DNA of 33,299 nucleotides from Basidiobolus heterosporus B8920 (taxonomy: Eukaryota): NCBI GenBank assembly GCA_000697455.1, contig JNET01028359.1, positions 1-33,299 on the forward strand, in the 5' to 3' direction. The translations under genes and the position numbers were made by a program. The notes under the pieces are model-generated. The model saw nothing but the letters and a program-made list of their open reading frames with translations. It did no database searches and had not been told where the DNA came from. Every line of letters starts with the position of its first letter. Positions within the stretch are counted from its first letter, which is position 1. Positions 9,518 to 21,480 of the stretch are shown here, piece by piece.

Positions 9518-9994
9518 ACGAGGGGAATAGGAGGCGTCTATCCGTATTGGAATGAATTTTCTTAAACTAATATTCTACCACTTCGACTTTACTCTAGATC
9601 CACCTGATTCTCCCACAATTCATGAGACATCTAGACATTTGTGGTAGCACTTACTGGGTCATTTGCCAGGCGCTCGCTCCTTCCCTTGACTATATGGGGA
9701 CAACGCTAGCTGCGCACCCCTAAGATGATTTGAACTCATTTGGCGATCATGCAAGTGTTAATCTTAGGGGACGGATCCTTTGAGAATGACGTCTGTTACA
9801 GAAGCCACGACTATTAAAGTACAACTCAAGACATACTCAGCTTTATTGGTTCTAGCTTAGGTGAGGAAAAGTATCTGAAGGTATTAAAGATAAGACGAAA
9901 TTTAGCGAGGTCCATCAAAGACCGCTGGTTTGTACACATGAATAAAGTGAGTTAGATAGCAGGTAGAAATCACTGCAAATGGATGACTTGTACG

Positions 9995-10825
9995 CTAGAC
10001 TAAACCGTCGTACAATGAAAGTGCCTGAACAATTGTCGGGTCTTGTTTGGATCCCTCCTGGAATTCTTCCATTGATAATTTACCGTCATTATTCTTCAAT
10101 AAAGAATGTTAACAACTGAAACCATGCAAGTCGCCACCAAGCAGTACACTACCTTATCCATTAGTCTGAAAATCTTCTCTACTCGTTTCTCTGGGGTGTC
10201 TTCGTCTTCGGGTAGCTTCACCATGCTGCCAACCATTTTGTAGATGGCTTCGACAATACGCAGCATCTCATCGCGCGTGATAAAGCCATCACTGTCTATG
10301 TCATACAACTGGAAGGCCCCTAAGTAGTCAAGTTAATTCACCAGAAACAAAAAGGTCATCTCAAGAAGACTTACAAAGTAGCTTCTCCTCAGTTTTCCCA
10401 CGAGACGTAACTGAAAGGGCGCATATAAATTCCTTGAAGTCGATGGTACCGTTTTTGTTTTCATCAAATACATTAAACACATATTCAGCAAACCCTGAAG
10501 GATCTCCAAAAGGAAAGAATTGTTTGTATATTTTTTTGAATTCATTTTTATCAAGATTTCCGGAGGGACAGTCTTTGATGAAACCTTTATACCTGTTGAT
10601 CGTTTCTATGATTAGTTTTCAAGGGAAAACAACCTATCGACTGCTGACCTACTTACCATTGCTGGAGCTCTTTTTTATCGACTACACGACGTATAGAAAT
10701 GCAATAGAATTAGGATGTGACCACCAATGAGAAGAAACTTGATACAAATTGAAACACCTACAGTAGGTACACTTCTGTAATTCGCCCAGTTGTTCGGGGC
10801 TTAATTTACTTGTCTTTTGTCCCAT
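9995..10825 (-). CDS. FRQ1: Frequenin / neuronal calcium sensor-1 homolog, multi-exon
   Basis: N-myristoylation start [31 protein letters not shown]-hands [12 protein letters not shown] and [27 protein letters not shown], and the C-terminus [15 protein letters not shown]. Confidence 0.96.
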
Positions 10826-11182
10826 TTTACTGTCAGTAATTTGAAGTGAGGCTAAGTTGAACCGATAACCCAGCATTGGCTCATTCTCCTAGAGTTCCGC
10901 GTGTCACGTGAATTCGGATCAACTATCATGGAGAGAAACGAAATATCGACAATGATAATTACTAACAAACTGATTGGCCAATATCCATCGGCTATAATGA
11001 ACAGAGGGGCTTGGAAACAGCACTAAGATCTTTTTGAGTTCAGATGGTCTCAATCACACAAAGGATCAATTGACTGTTCTTTTAATTAATGATTCACGTA
11101 ATAACGTATAAGATAAAATTTGTAGATTGGGGTTAGATTACTATGAAATTGAGGCAATGCCAATTATTTCCATTGAACAACC

Positions 11183-12119
11183 ATGGCCTCTACCGCAGAT
11201 AATCCGCAAGCTAAAGTTCCCTCAGTAGACTCGCCTATTCTAGCAGTAGACCTTTCCAATGAAACCCCGGAACAACGAAAACAACGAGAGAAAGAGTGCA
11301 AACTCTGTGAAGAGTGGAAGGGCGAGATCCTTCAAAAAAGTAACTTTTCCAAGAGTCTATGATCCTTTAGCGTTTGAGCATTAAACCTTCTCTCCAAGAC
11401 CCTATGGTTAAAACTTTATTGGGGGCTATGAAAAGAGCGGGGTGCAACTTTGAAACAAAGCATTTCCGCTGCGTTCCATGCAACAATTCGGGTTCTGGTG
11501 GGTTTTCTGCAGAGCAAGGCGTATGCTATTTGTGCGTTAAACTTCGACTCGACCTTGCTTTACTTTACTTATTTCTAGATTTATAGATAATCCTGTGCCA
11601 GAACCATTTTCGGAGTCGACCCCACATGGAGGAAACCGTTGTGCACGAACTTATACATGCTTTTGATTAGTAGGTGCTCAGAGTTACCTGTGAATGGTTC
11701 TTTTTCTAATCTGGCCTTTTTTCCAATAGCTGCAAATACAACTTAGATTTAGCTAATTGCAAACATCACGCTTGCACCGAGGTATACTGCAATCAACTCT
11801 TCAACGTTTCTTCCTGGCTGACCACAAGTTGTTGGATAGGTACGAGCAGCTAGTCTAAGTGGTGACTGTAAGTGGATGCGGGAATTCCTTCGAGGGAAGT
11901 TCAATGTCAAGAAGCAACACCAGGTATTCCAAAATACTACTTGACAATGTAAGTAATCGTTGCCAACTATCTGTTTAGGAATGTGTAAGACGACGAGCCA
12001 TACTTTCAGTCAAGTACAATCCTTACTGCCACGATGAAGATGAAGCCATAGATGCTGTGAATAGTGTGTTTGATAGCTGCTACCAAGACACCACACCCTT
12101 TGAAGAACATCACAAATAA
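11183..12119 (+). CDS. ATP23: Mitochondrial inner-membrane metalloprotease Atp23 (peptidase M76), multi-exon
   Basis: Spliced motifs SGGFS, IILCQNH, TVVHELIHAFD (HExxH), NCKHHACTEVRAASLSGDC, QECVRRRAILSV and FDSCYQDTTPF. Confidence 0.94.
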
Positions 12120-12280
12120 ACGTTGATTCAATCATTAGCCAATCCTTAATTCATATACAATCTCACATAGATAGTAAGACTTGTTACACCATAATAGGTA
12201 ATAATCACTCAAAGGGGGCTTACTGAGCATATCAACTCCCCAACTCTAGCAAGCATCGTCGTATCTTGGTAAGGTGAGGA

Positions 12281-13569
12281 ATGTTGGATAACATCACGAA
12301 TAGTTTCTTTGAGCTTCGAGTCGAATGCCAGTATGTCACTTATGTTGAGTAAATACCTTCATTGGCTTGCTTGTTGAGGTTAAAGGGTTTCCTCTATCCA
12401 GGATGCTGCCAAAACTGGACTTCTTCTCTGAATCGGACCCAGTTGTGATTTTGAGTTTAAAAAATGCTACCCATCAAACTCTCTGGCTAGAATTCGGTAG
12501 AACCGAAGTCATCCAGGACACTCCCAATCCTCGTTTCGCGAAAAGCTTTGTTCTTGATGGGAAAGAAACCCAACTAAGGTTAGCCTTTTCAAAGCCGCCT
12601 AGCCCTGGCTGGTTGTTAACGAGCTTATAACTTCACCAGATTCGATGTTTTTGACATTGACGGTGATTCGGACAATATGGATGAACACGACTATATTGGT
12701 TTCCTCGAGACAAATCTTCAGGATATCTGTATGGGAAATGTTTCTTAGCTTTTCCCACAGACATGAGTTCTTATATTTCGTTCAAGTGTTGACTAAGAAT
12801 AGAATCCTTTCTCAACCACTGGTCAACCCTGAAAGGGATTTTTCGGGAACCATCACACTGATTGTTGACGAAATAGTCAACACCCCAGAGAACATCACGT
12901 ATGGCAGATAGTGTTCAACAAAGCTTCTATGCTGAAGCGATGAACTAACGAAAGGTTTCCCCTAGATTCCAATACGTAGCGCAGAATGTTGAGGCCCGGG
13001 TTTGTGACATCTAAACCTTTTCTATGCTATCAACTCAACATTGACCATCCATCTAGTATGATTTCTTTTTCTTCGAGGTCCATCGCCGTCGTAAAGGTAT
13101 GTCGTGATAGGCAAGCTACTTTGGTTTTGCACATTATTGATGTTGTTAAGATGGACGCTCTATTGTGGTGTATCGAAGCAAGCCTTTTAAGAAATCGTCG
13201 AATATTACCTGGGAACCATTTACGAGTATGTCTATCGATATTGCCACTGCACAACATGAATGCTGAAACTCTTCCTCAGTCTCCTTAGGAACGCTCTCTA
13301 ACGGCGACTCTTACCAAGACTTTATAGTGCAGCTGTTTGGCTTTGACAAGAACGGAGGTAAACCTCAATCCAGCCCATATGGCTACTATAGCTGGATCAT
13401 TTAGCCATTCCCTTCATTAGATCATACTTCACTTGGAACAACCAAAACATCCATTATTGAGTTGAAGAATGTCGTAGACGCTACATCCCGCTTCCTGGAT
13501 ATTGTTGGTGAAGATGGAACAGAGAGGGTCGGTTATCTGCTCGTAAAGGAATGCCAAATCTCCTCATAA
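12281..13569 (+). CDS. Copine-type tandem C2A-C2B protein lacking a vWA domain, multi-exon (start uncertain)
   Basis: C2A: FELRVEC..LPKLDFFSESDPVV..WLEFGRTEVIQDTPNPRFAKSFVLD..LRFDVFDIDGD. C2B: FFEVHRR..VVYRSKP..NITWEPFT.SLGTLSNGD..VQLFGFDKNGDHTSLG. The stop at 13567-13569 follows the last C2 strand (GYLLVKECQISS*). Confidence 0.8.
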
Positions 13570-13611
13570 ACAAGAATTCAAATATATTCTATCCACAAAC
13601 CCAATATATCA

Positions 13612-13656
13612 GATAAATCGGATAAATCGGATAAATCGAATAAACCCCATAAACCA
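13612..13656. repeat. Tandem 9-mer (GATAAATCG)x3 plus 2 degenerate units
   Basis: GATAAATCG GATAAATCG GATAAATCG AATAAACCC CATAAACCA. Confidence 0.85.
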
Positions 13657-14334
13657 TCATAACCCAAGCCAATTGACTGCTTCAATCTACTGGTAACTAA
13701 CACTAAAGAATCGCATGGCACCAGTACACCAAGGGTCAAGTATCCTTCAAGTATCCTCCATCACGCCATCACTTCACGATCGCATCACTGCATCTCTTCA
13801 AAATCACTGGAGCGTGTGCAAGTTGTCAGGGAATGGGCTTAGGGTGACGTATGATTGATCACTGGACGGCTCAACACTCACAACACGCTACCTCGAAAAT
13901 TTCCATCTAAAAATAATTAGTGAATTTGTTTGGGTGTCAAGAAGGGCCTTTGGCTGGAAATAATCTTGGCTCATTTTCTATTTTCTCTACATTGACCGAA
14001 CCTCGGTTTTTTTGTCCTTTACCCCGTGCAAGAAAATTTTTCATCCCTGACTCACCGTTGTCCAGAAAGGTTTTGTATTTGTGGTTTGTGGTTTGTACTT
14101 TGTGTGAACATACCTTGACTGCCCTCCACCTTGAACATAGTGTTTTGACCTTCCCCAAGTTTATTTTATGTTACCAACTCAGTGAACATAACTTTTCCAA
14201 GAACACAAAGGTACCTTGCATGCTTCTCCTTTCCTGCTGGAATTTTTGTTGCACCAAGAAATTTCAAGTGAACAAGTGGTTTACCCTAGTCTGTTTGTCT
14301 CTAAACTCATTCCCCTTCTAAATAGTAATACAAG

Positions 14335-15845
14335 ATGCCACCTACCACGCATTATCACCATACAAATAAACGCGACCGCTCCAATAGAGAGAAAGAGCGT
14401 GATTCCAGTCTGTCTGAAGAGAAATATCGCAAAATTAAGCGCAAGTTGAAAGAGGTTTTGGAGGTGAGTGTCCATTTTTCAAACGGGTTTCTTGTAGGTC
14501 AAGACTAAAGGACTTTTGATGTAAAGGAAAACGATAAAATTGTTGAACAGCTCGATAAAAGTAAACGACAGATTTTACGCTTGAGACGTGAGAGAAAGTA
14601 AGATGTTCAGTGTCTGTATGTACGACCTAGATATAATGCTAACTTGTGCTGTTTCAGTCTATTACTAGAGCGTATCGCCAAACTTGAAGAATCAGACACT
14701 TCTAATATATCCAGTCTATCCTCTACCTCCTCAGATTCTGAGGCCTCTGGTAAGCTAACCATCTATTATTTGCGGTTTTTCTCACTTTTCTTATTGTTTT
14801 ATTATTTTTAGATGATCATTTGTCGCATCGTAGTCCACCTAAGAGAAAAGCCGAAAAAGATGTGAAGACCGTGCGTGTTTCCAGTAGCTCAAAGCGTAGT
14901 GCCCCCACAACACCAGTGGCACCTGCACCAGTCAAGAAGAGACGCAAGAAGCGGAGTGAAATGAAGCCTCGTCGTGTTCAACAACTGGACAAAGATGAGA
15001 AAGGAAACTATGTTCTTCCAGTTCAGATCGGTATCCTCACAGTCATAAGCCTCGGCAAAGTGGAATGGGAACGCGACACATTCCACAATGACCGATACAT
15101 CTGGCCTATTGGCTATACTGTCAGAAGGTTAGTATCCGCCGGCTCTATCGCGGTTGTCGTTTATGCTAACGATTGCTATAGAACATATAGCTCCATGGTT
15201 GATCCGGAAAAACAAACCACCTACGTGTGCAGTATATCAGATGGTGGTGATGGCCCTAGGGTAAGTAGACCACATTTAACACAGAATCTCAGATATTCAC
15301 TTTGCTTTCTTTTCCAATAGTTTATAATTGAACCCGAAGACCAGAACAATCCTATCATTGCTAACACTGCTACAGGAGCATGGACCACCGTTGTCAAAGT
15401 AGCCAACGCTATACGCAAACGTGACCATAGTAACTCTGCATCTGGCCCTGATTACTATGGCTTCTCCCACCCAACTATAGCCAAAATGATCCAAGATCTC
15501 CCCGACACAGACAAATGCAAAAACTACGTGTGGCAAGAGTTTATTGTAATGCAAGGCCGTGGACCAGCCAATCGACCAAGATCATTACCCCCCACCCCTG
15601 TTCCTAACAAGAAAGAGGAGACAAGACCTGAGCCTGGCCATTCCGAAGAGGAGGATGCAGTTGAAGAGTTTGAGGAAGATTCTGACAACAACCTTGGCAC
15701 TTTCAATGAGCAGCCAAAGATTCGACCCACCCATGGAGGCAAGAAGCCCTTGAGCTCACTTATTGGAAGAGACTCTAGCCCCATTAGCTCCGGAGAAGAG
15801 CTGGAGGTTGACGAGGGATCAGATTCGGACTTGGCTTCGGAGTAG
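14335..15845 (+). CDS. TBRG1/NIAM-like protein: N-terminal coiled coil plus FYRN/FYRC domains, multi-exon
   Basis: EEKYRKIKRKLKEVLEEND..ILRLRRERNLLLERI (INO80E/TBRG1-type coiled coil), LTVISLGKV..FHNDRYIWPIGY (FYRN), and ATGAWTTV..SGPDYYGFSHPTIAKMIQDLPDTDKCKNY (FYRC), followed by an acidic tail. Confidence 0.88.
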
Positions 15846-16001
15846 GCTCCGGGGGACTACATCGAGGTCATTTCGAAACACAACTATTTTATTACTTCAC
15901 ATCTACTCTTGTTTTTGGTAGCAGATATAGACCCTCTCGCGTTTCCTGTTTATTTTAGTCCTACGATCTATTTTGAAAATACATACATATATTGTTCCAA
16001 T

Positions 16002-16037
16002 GTTTATCATTCCGTTTATCATTCCGTTTATCATTCC
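16002..16037. repeat. Perfect tandem 12-mer (GTTTATCATTCC)x3
   Basis: Three exact copies at 16002, 16014 and 16026. Confidence 0.92.
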
Positions 16038-16402
16038 GAACCCTCCCTTGTATTATAAAGTTAAGGTTGCGTGCAAGAAATCAGCCAAGTCCATGCTTGG
16101 GTTAGGGGAGTTGGATCAAATACAATAGGGTTCTTCTAAATACGATTCTCGAAATTCACTATAATTCATACAATATTCACCCCATGTTCATCTAATATTT
16201 ATACATGATTTCGACTTGGTAACTACATTAAATTGATGACGTTTGATCAAAAATTTGGATACTGGCAATCCACTAGTACTCAGTAACCTGATTGTCCACA
16301 TAGCTATTTTCTTGTTATAATATACATTTTGAGCAAGCTATTGATACTTCACCTAGATAACTTCTCCCTCGTTTTACGTCCAACCTTACTCTACCCGCCA
16401 AG

Positions 16403-17677
16403 ATGATTCTTCTCGAGCCCAACTCAATGATTATGGAGGATACCCTCTTCAAAATCCTCACCAGGTATATAGTTGGCTATTTTTCGACAGCTTCATCTGT
16501 ACACTTTCTAAAGATTCCTTTCATCTGTTCTTGTTTTCTTTTGACCTTTCTCGTCAAAGTGAAAAGCATGATGTGGTGGATTTGATTCTTGCAGATTACG
16601 ACTCAGTATCGTATCACATCTCTACCCCAGAAACCAAAACCCAGCTTCTTATCTCGATGACCATGAAGTGTTACAGTGACCTTGAACAATATGGCGCTCG
16701 TGAAATTCTCGAGCGTGAATTTGGTTCATATCTTACCGATACCGAACAGGGTTACAATGTCTCCCTTTTGGTAGACCTTGAAAACTTCACCGAAGATAAA
16801 GGTAACTGGAAGTTTATTTCATCAAACGGTTTGTTCAAAAGATTTATCAACTTTTATCACTTCTCCTACAACAATTAGCCGAGTTTTCCAAGAAGATTGG
16901 CCTTTTAAAACGTTACGCTTTTGCTGCTCCTTTTGAGAAGGCTTTCCAGGAGCAGGCTGCGGAAAACGCCAACGCTGACTTGATGACCATCAATTATCGT
17001 GAAAACGAATCTTTCTATATCAAACCTTCAGCTGACCGTGTTACCGTCGTCTTCTCTACCGAATTCCAAGAAGAGATGGATCGTGTATTTGGAAAAGTCT
17101 TCTTACAAGTAAATATACCACAGAATCATACCGAATGATATGGAGGTTTTGAGTAATTTATGAATTCTTCGCATCTTTTAATTATTTAGGAATTTGTGGA
17201 TGCTCGTAGACAACCAGCCATCCAAAATGCACCACAAGTACTCTATTCCAGCCGTGAGCCTCCTCTGGAAATCCGTGGTATCCCCAAGTCTAACGACTCC
17301 GAAGGGTTTGGTTATGTTACCTTTGGTAAGAACTATATCTAATGACTCTTGATTCTATTGACTACTAAACTTCCACACAACAAATTAGTCCTGTTTCCCA
17401 GACATTTCATAGAGGGAGATGTTCGTGAGAACACCATATCCCAGATCCAATTGTTCCGTGATTATCTTCATTATCATATCAAGTGCTCCAAAGCCTATAT
17501 GCACTCTCGTATGCGTCAACGCGTTAGTGACTTCTTGAAGGTCTTGAATCGCGCCAAACCAGAAGTGGCCAATGCCGAAAAGAAGACCATTACGTAGGTA
17601 TTTTCACTCGGCTATGAAACAACATGCATTAACATTCCCTTCTCTTCATCAGTGGCCGTAGCTTCCGGCGTCAATGA
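16403..17677 (+). CDS. ARPC2: Arp2/3 complex subunit 2 (p34-Arc/Arc35), multi-exon
   Basis: [107 protein letters not shown]. Confidence 0.96.
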
Positions 17678-17983
17678 GCATCTCGATATGAAGAGACAAG
17701 TCAATGCCGCGAGAGATCTTCCCATGATAACTGGACATCTCTTTAAACTGACCTCCACCACGAATTCATATTGTCAATAAATTCAAAATTCTCCACTTAC
17801 GTTGTGTTTGTATACTCTATTATGTATGGGCATAAGAACATGATCGCAGCGCACTCAACTGATAGAACGTTTCCTTCAAACTGGTATGATTATGATTAAC
17901 ATTGTTTATTCAAAGTATTACTACTTGTGTGACAGTAATCTCAAAAAACCAGGTTGAAATGATTTAGTGAAACAAACAACCGC

Positions 17984-18713
17984 TTAGTAGAGACGTTGGG
18001 GTTTGCCCATGGAAGACTTGATGTAAAGAGACTTGACGTTTTGCCAGTTCTTCTTCAAGAGAGAGACCAAGAAGTTGATGGACAACATGATGTTACCGAG
18101 GATTTGGTCCTCAGTCATCTCAACGTGACCAACAGCAACACCGAGGCAAAGAACCTTCTTAAGCTGGAACTTGATGGTGGAACGGATTTCGTTGGCCTTG
18201 TCGGTCAAGTTATCGTTGTGGGAAACGGGGGTAGGGAACTTACCGGCCTTGTGGAGACCAGGACCCAAGAGACGAGGGATTTGCTTGATCAAAGCTTCGG
18301 AAGCAAGGAAAGCATCGTACTTCTTGGCGAGCTTCTTGATAAGCTTCTTGTTCTTGTTCAATTTCTTGAGGTCTTCAACAGACATGGATTCCAAACCTTG
18401 TTCCTTGGCTTGATCGCAGTGATGAGCATCACCAAGAATGCAGACAGACATCTTGGGACGAGGAACGTGGGGAAGCTTGACAGTTCCAGAGAAACGTTTA
18501 TCACGTTGGGGATCGTAGTTCTTGAGACCGATTTGGAGTTCAACGGTTTCGGTGAACTTGCGTTGTTTCTCTTTGGATTCAGCCAAGAGAGTGCGAACGC
18601 ATTCTCTGACAGCGGCGACGGAGATCTTGCTAGAAATTCACATGAAATATAGAGTTAATGGGATGACGGATGGGTTGATGCACACTGATGGATTGTGTAT
18701 TAACATACCTCAT
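17984..18713 (-). CDS. RPL1: 60S ribosomal protein uL1 (L1/L10a), 216 aa; exons 18713-18709 and 18629-17984
   Basis: [82 protein letters not shown]. The 5-nt first exon is ATGAG|GTATGT. Confidence 0.97.
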
Positions 18714-18780
18714 GTTGACGATTTACTGTCTGAACAGAAAAGGAGGTAGAGCCGAAAATTTACTGGCAGCTTTTATGATT

Positions 18781-18788
18781 CTACCCTA
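18781..18788 (-). promoter_or_regulatory. Homol-E/telobox-like motif TAGGGTAG upstream of RPL1
   Basis: Lies 68 bp upstream of the ATG and resembles the AGGGTAG motif known from fungal ribosomal-protein promoters. It is short and could occur by chance. Confidence 0.35.
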
Positions 18789-18957
18789 GCAATGATTCAT
18801 GAAATAGGGGCCCTTTTTCGACATTTTTTTTTCTTCATCAAATTCTTTCTAAATCTCTTTATTTAATAAATATCCCTTTCTAAACTATGTATTTTCTGAT
18901 TGATGTAGAATTCGTAGTGAATCAACCGAAATCATCCATTAGTTGTTGGTAATGGTG

Positions 18958-19417
18958 CTATTGTTCGCATATTGTGAATTTTCCTGATTCTGCTTTGCAT
19001 ACTTGACCATCCTTGGTAACACCACGAACCTCCAAGACATGGTCAACATTTGGGATAAAGTCCTTGGGTAATTGTACAGTAGTTTGTCCCATTTTACTGG
19101 GTATTTTTTCACTCTGAAGTACGACCGAACGACTAGAGGAGGCTCCGTCACTTTCGATTTTGTTCACTAATTCTACGTTCACTATCTCTTCCACACAAGA
19201 GTCACCCAGAACCCATTTTATTGTCTGCGGTGTTCCCGCGCCAAGTTTCATATCCTTGGAGCAGGACTTGGGACTGATTATAGAGAAGCCTAAAAAGTCC
19301 TGGTGAGTTATTGGATATCTATTAGAACTTTAGCTTGACTTTACCTGCACACCCATCAGCGGCAAACACGGTGCTAGCTGAGGTCATAGCTGATAGAACA
19401 AGAATGGAAAATTTCAT
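18958..19417 (-). CDS. Small secreted protein (134 aa) with a Kre9/KNH-like N-terminal Ig-like pattern; exons 19417-19345 and 19289-18958
   Basis: Signal peptide MKFSILVLSAMTSASTVFA, then FSIISP..GTPQTIKW..VNVELV..TVQLP..SGKFTI, with 5 Cys. One GT-AG intron keeps frame. Confidence 0.78.
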
Positions 19418-20372
19418 GGCTATTATTGTTACTTGAGGTAGAATAGAAGGATTCTCTGGTATGTATCGAGAACGATAAAGTCAAGAAACCTTTGCCACCC
19501 TATATATAGTCGTTTCATAACGTTCACCTGTGGTTTACGACACTTATGTTGGAGGCTTAATAAGGCTAAGTTAGGTGCACTCAAGAAGCCGTCTATACAT
19601 ACGGAAACTATCATCTTTCACTTTGGAATAAACTAGTAAAGAACATGCAGCTTTACTCCATACCTTCTCCATGATCAGATCCCTGCTTTGTTCACTCCTT
19701 ACTTGAGATATGGGGAATTTTCCTGTCTTAATTGCTTCCCTTGCTTCTCTTAACCTAGTTTGTAACGGAACATTTGAGATGCATTAATCCAAAGTAGAAT
19801 TTGGATTGGGATGCCTGGGATGCCTATGTTCTTATTCTTTAAAATGAGTGTAATGTAGTAATGAAACCAGGGCGTATGAATGTTTGCTAACCAGTATACA
19901 TATATGTATATACATATAGTATAATTTGTAGTGATCTCTGTGGTTGGTAGATAAATGGGTATATACCCAAATAAGGCTAATGCACTACCCTTTTTGAGTG
20001 AGGATCGAAACGAATTCCAATACGATCATGGAGCCCTCATAACCCAACCTCATGCCCATGTTCATCTTCACACAGAGATCTAGGTTATATATATGAAGTA
20101 GCGGCCTGAAACTTGGACTAAGGTGACTGTAGGAGGATGAATCAGAATTGTCGAATTTCTGAATGATGGGGAATCAGTGGCATAGAAAGGACTTATAAAG
20201 TAATCATCACTCTACACATTGGGGCAGCTGAGGGACAGCTAGTAAACCTGTGACGTGTGAAATGAGAAAATATTTTGAACTTTTGTGCATATATTTAACA
20301 TTCGTGGTTGCTGTTCATTAGGGGGACATTCTTTTTTGTACATTATTTACTATTACTTGCACTCGTATAAAC

Positions 20373-20849
20373 ATGTATTTAGTGAGAAAATTCTTGCCTG
20401 TATCCAATTCTCTGGTATGTTTGGTACCTTTGGCCGTAAGATCTCGCTCTTGGGACGAATTAGCTATCAAACAGAAACTTTTCACTACAACTTCTAATCA
20501 CTCCACTACTTCGGAAGATGATTGGGACGATATGTCCAACCTTTCAACGAGCATCACTTTTTCTCAAAGTCCTTCACCTCCAAGCCCCGAAACCGGTTCC
20601 ATCCGCTCCACTTCGGCATCTGGTTTAGACCTAACACCCAACCTGCTAGTACAACAGATGCTCTTCAATGCTGATTCTAAACCTCAAAGTAAGTATGTAC
20701 CTTTGTTATATGTAACTGTTCGAGTTACTAAATCTCTTTACTCAGAACACGTCACAACCGACGAAGACGATGATGACGAATATTTTGTATCGAAAACACC
20801 GACAACCCTATTATTTCCCTCCACAACCACCGTTACTCACTCCCTTTGA
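20373..20849 (+). CDS. Orphan Ser/Thr/acidic low-complexity protein, with a probable in-frame intron at 20689-20745
   Basis: 158-codon ORF with disordered-protein composition and a canonical GTAAGT...CTAAAT...CTCAG intron-like segment. No recognisable domain. Confidence 0.5.
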   Translation: MYLVRKFLPVSNSLVCLVPLAVRSRSWDELAIKQKLFTTTSNHSTTSEDDWDDMSNLSTSITFSQSPSPPSPETGSIRSTSASGLDLTPNLLVQQMLFNADSKPQSKYVPLLYVTVRVTKSLYSEHVTTDEDDDDEYFVSKTPTTLLFPSTTTVTHSL

Positions 20850-21480
20850 GTATAAACATCGACAGCATATATGCACTCAGTCTGACCTCTTACTTTTTAT
20901 ACTGTACATTATCTAAGCAAATTATTGTTAATATCTATTTTTGAGGAAAACCAAATTCTATGAAATTTCTTTTGAACTACGGTTCTATTTGCATAAGTAT
21001 ACAATAAACTCTACTACCTCTATAATTTACAAAGCTAGTGATCGTTTGTTCTTGAAGTTCGTCAAATAGGCTAACTAAACGGTTACTCAGTACCAATAAA
21101 TACGCGTAAATATATCCTTGGTAAAATCCCTATTCACTTCAGGTGTTTCGACATTGAGGAATAGATGTTGAAGTGTCTAGTGCATTTGGGAAGATACCGA
21201 TAAATAGGATTATAGTATCATTATACATACAAATCTAAACCAAAATAATCATCACAAGTTTGGTTTTGTAGACTAAACGATATATTTAAATGAAGCCATA
21301 AACAAATTAGAAGTGGTTGGGTGTGTGGCACAAAAAATACAAGCAGTTGATGGAGCAATAATTTTACGAGAATATAAAGAGGTAAATAGTATTCACAGTT
21401 GGAAGAGAGAGGGAAATTTTGGGAAATGTTGAATCAAAAGTGGGACTTGGATGATCATGACTAAAGATTAAGAATGAACA

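Noticed and set aside
9717..9770. Hairpin containing ATGA..AA..GA as a SECIS element
   Set aside because: Spacing and helix II do not fit, it is on the opposite strand to the flanking genes, and no in-frame UGA candidate gene was seen.
9995..13569. Calcium-signalling cluster (FRQ1 plus the C2 protein)
   Set aside because: Separated by unrelated ATP23, and proximity alone is not evidence in a gene-dense genome.
13612..13656. CRISPR-like or telomeric array interpretation of the short tandem repeats
   Set aside because: No unique spacers, no cas genes, eukaryotic context, and the units are not telomere-like.
13920..14321. 133-aa ORF and overlapping short ORFs upstream of the TBRG1-like gene
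   Set aside because: Non-ATG start and F/L/C-rich composition typical of T-rich UTR or intron sequence.
17996..18652. 218-aa antisense ORF over RPL1
   Set aside because: Expected shadow ORF from strong codon bias in a highly expressed ribosomal-protein gene.
18630..18708. Intronic snoRNA in RPL1
   Set aside because: The 79-nt intron has no properly placed C/D or H/ACA boxes.
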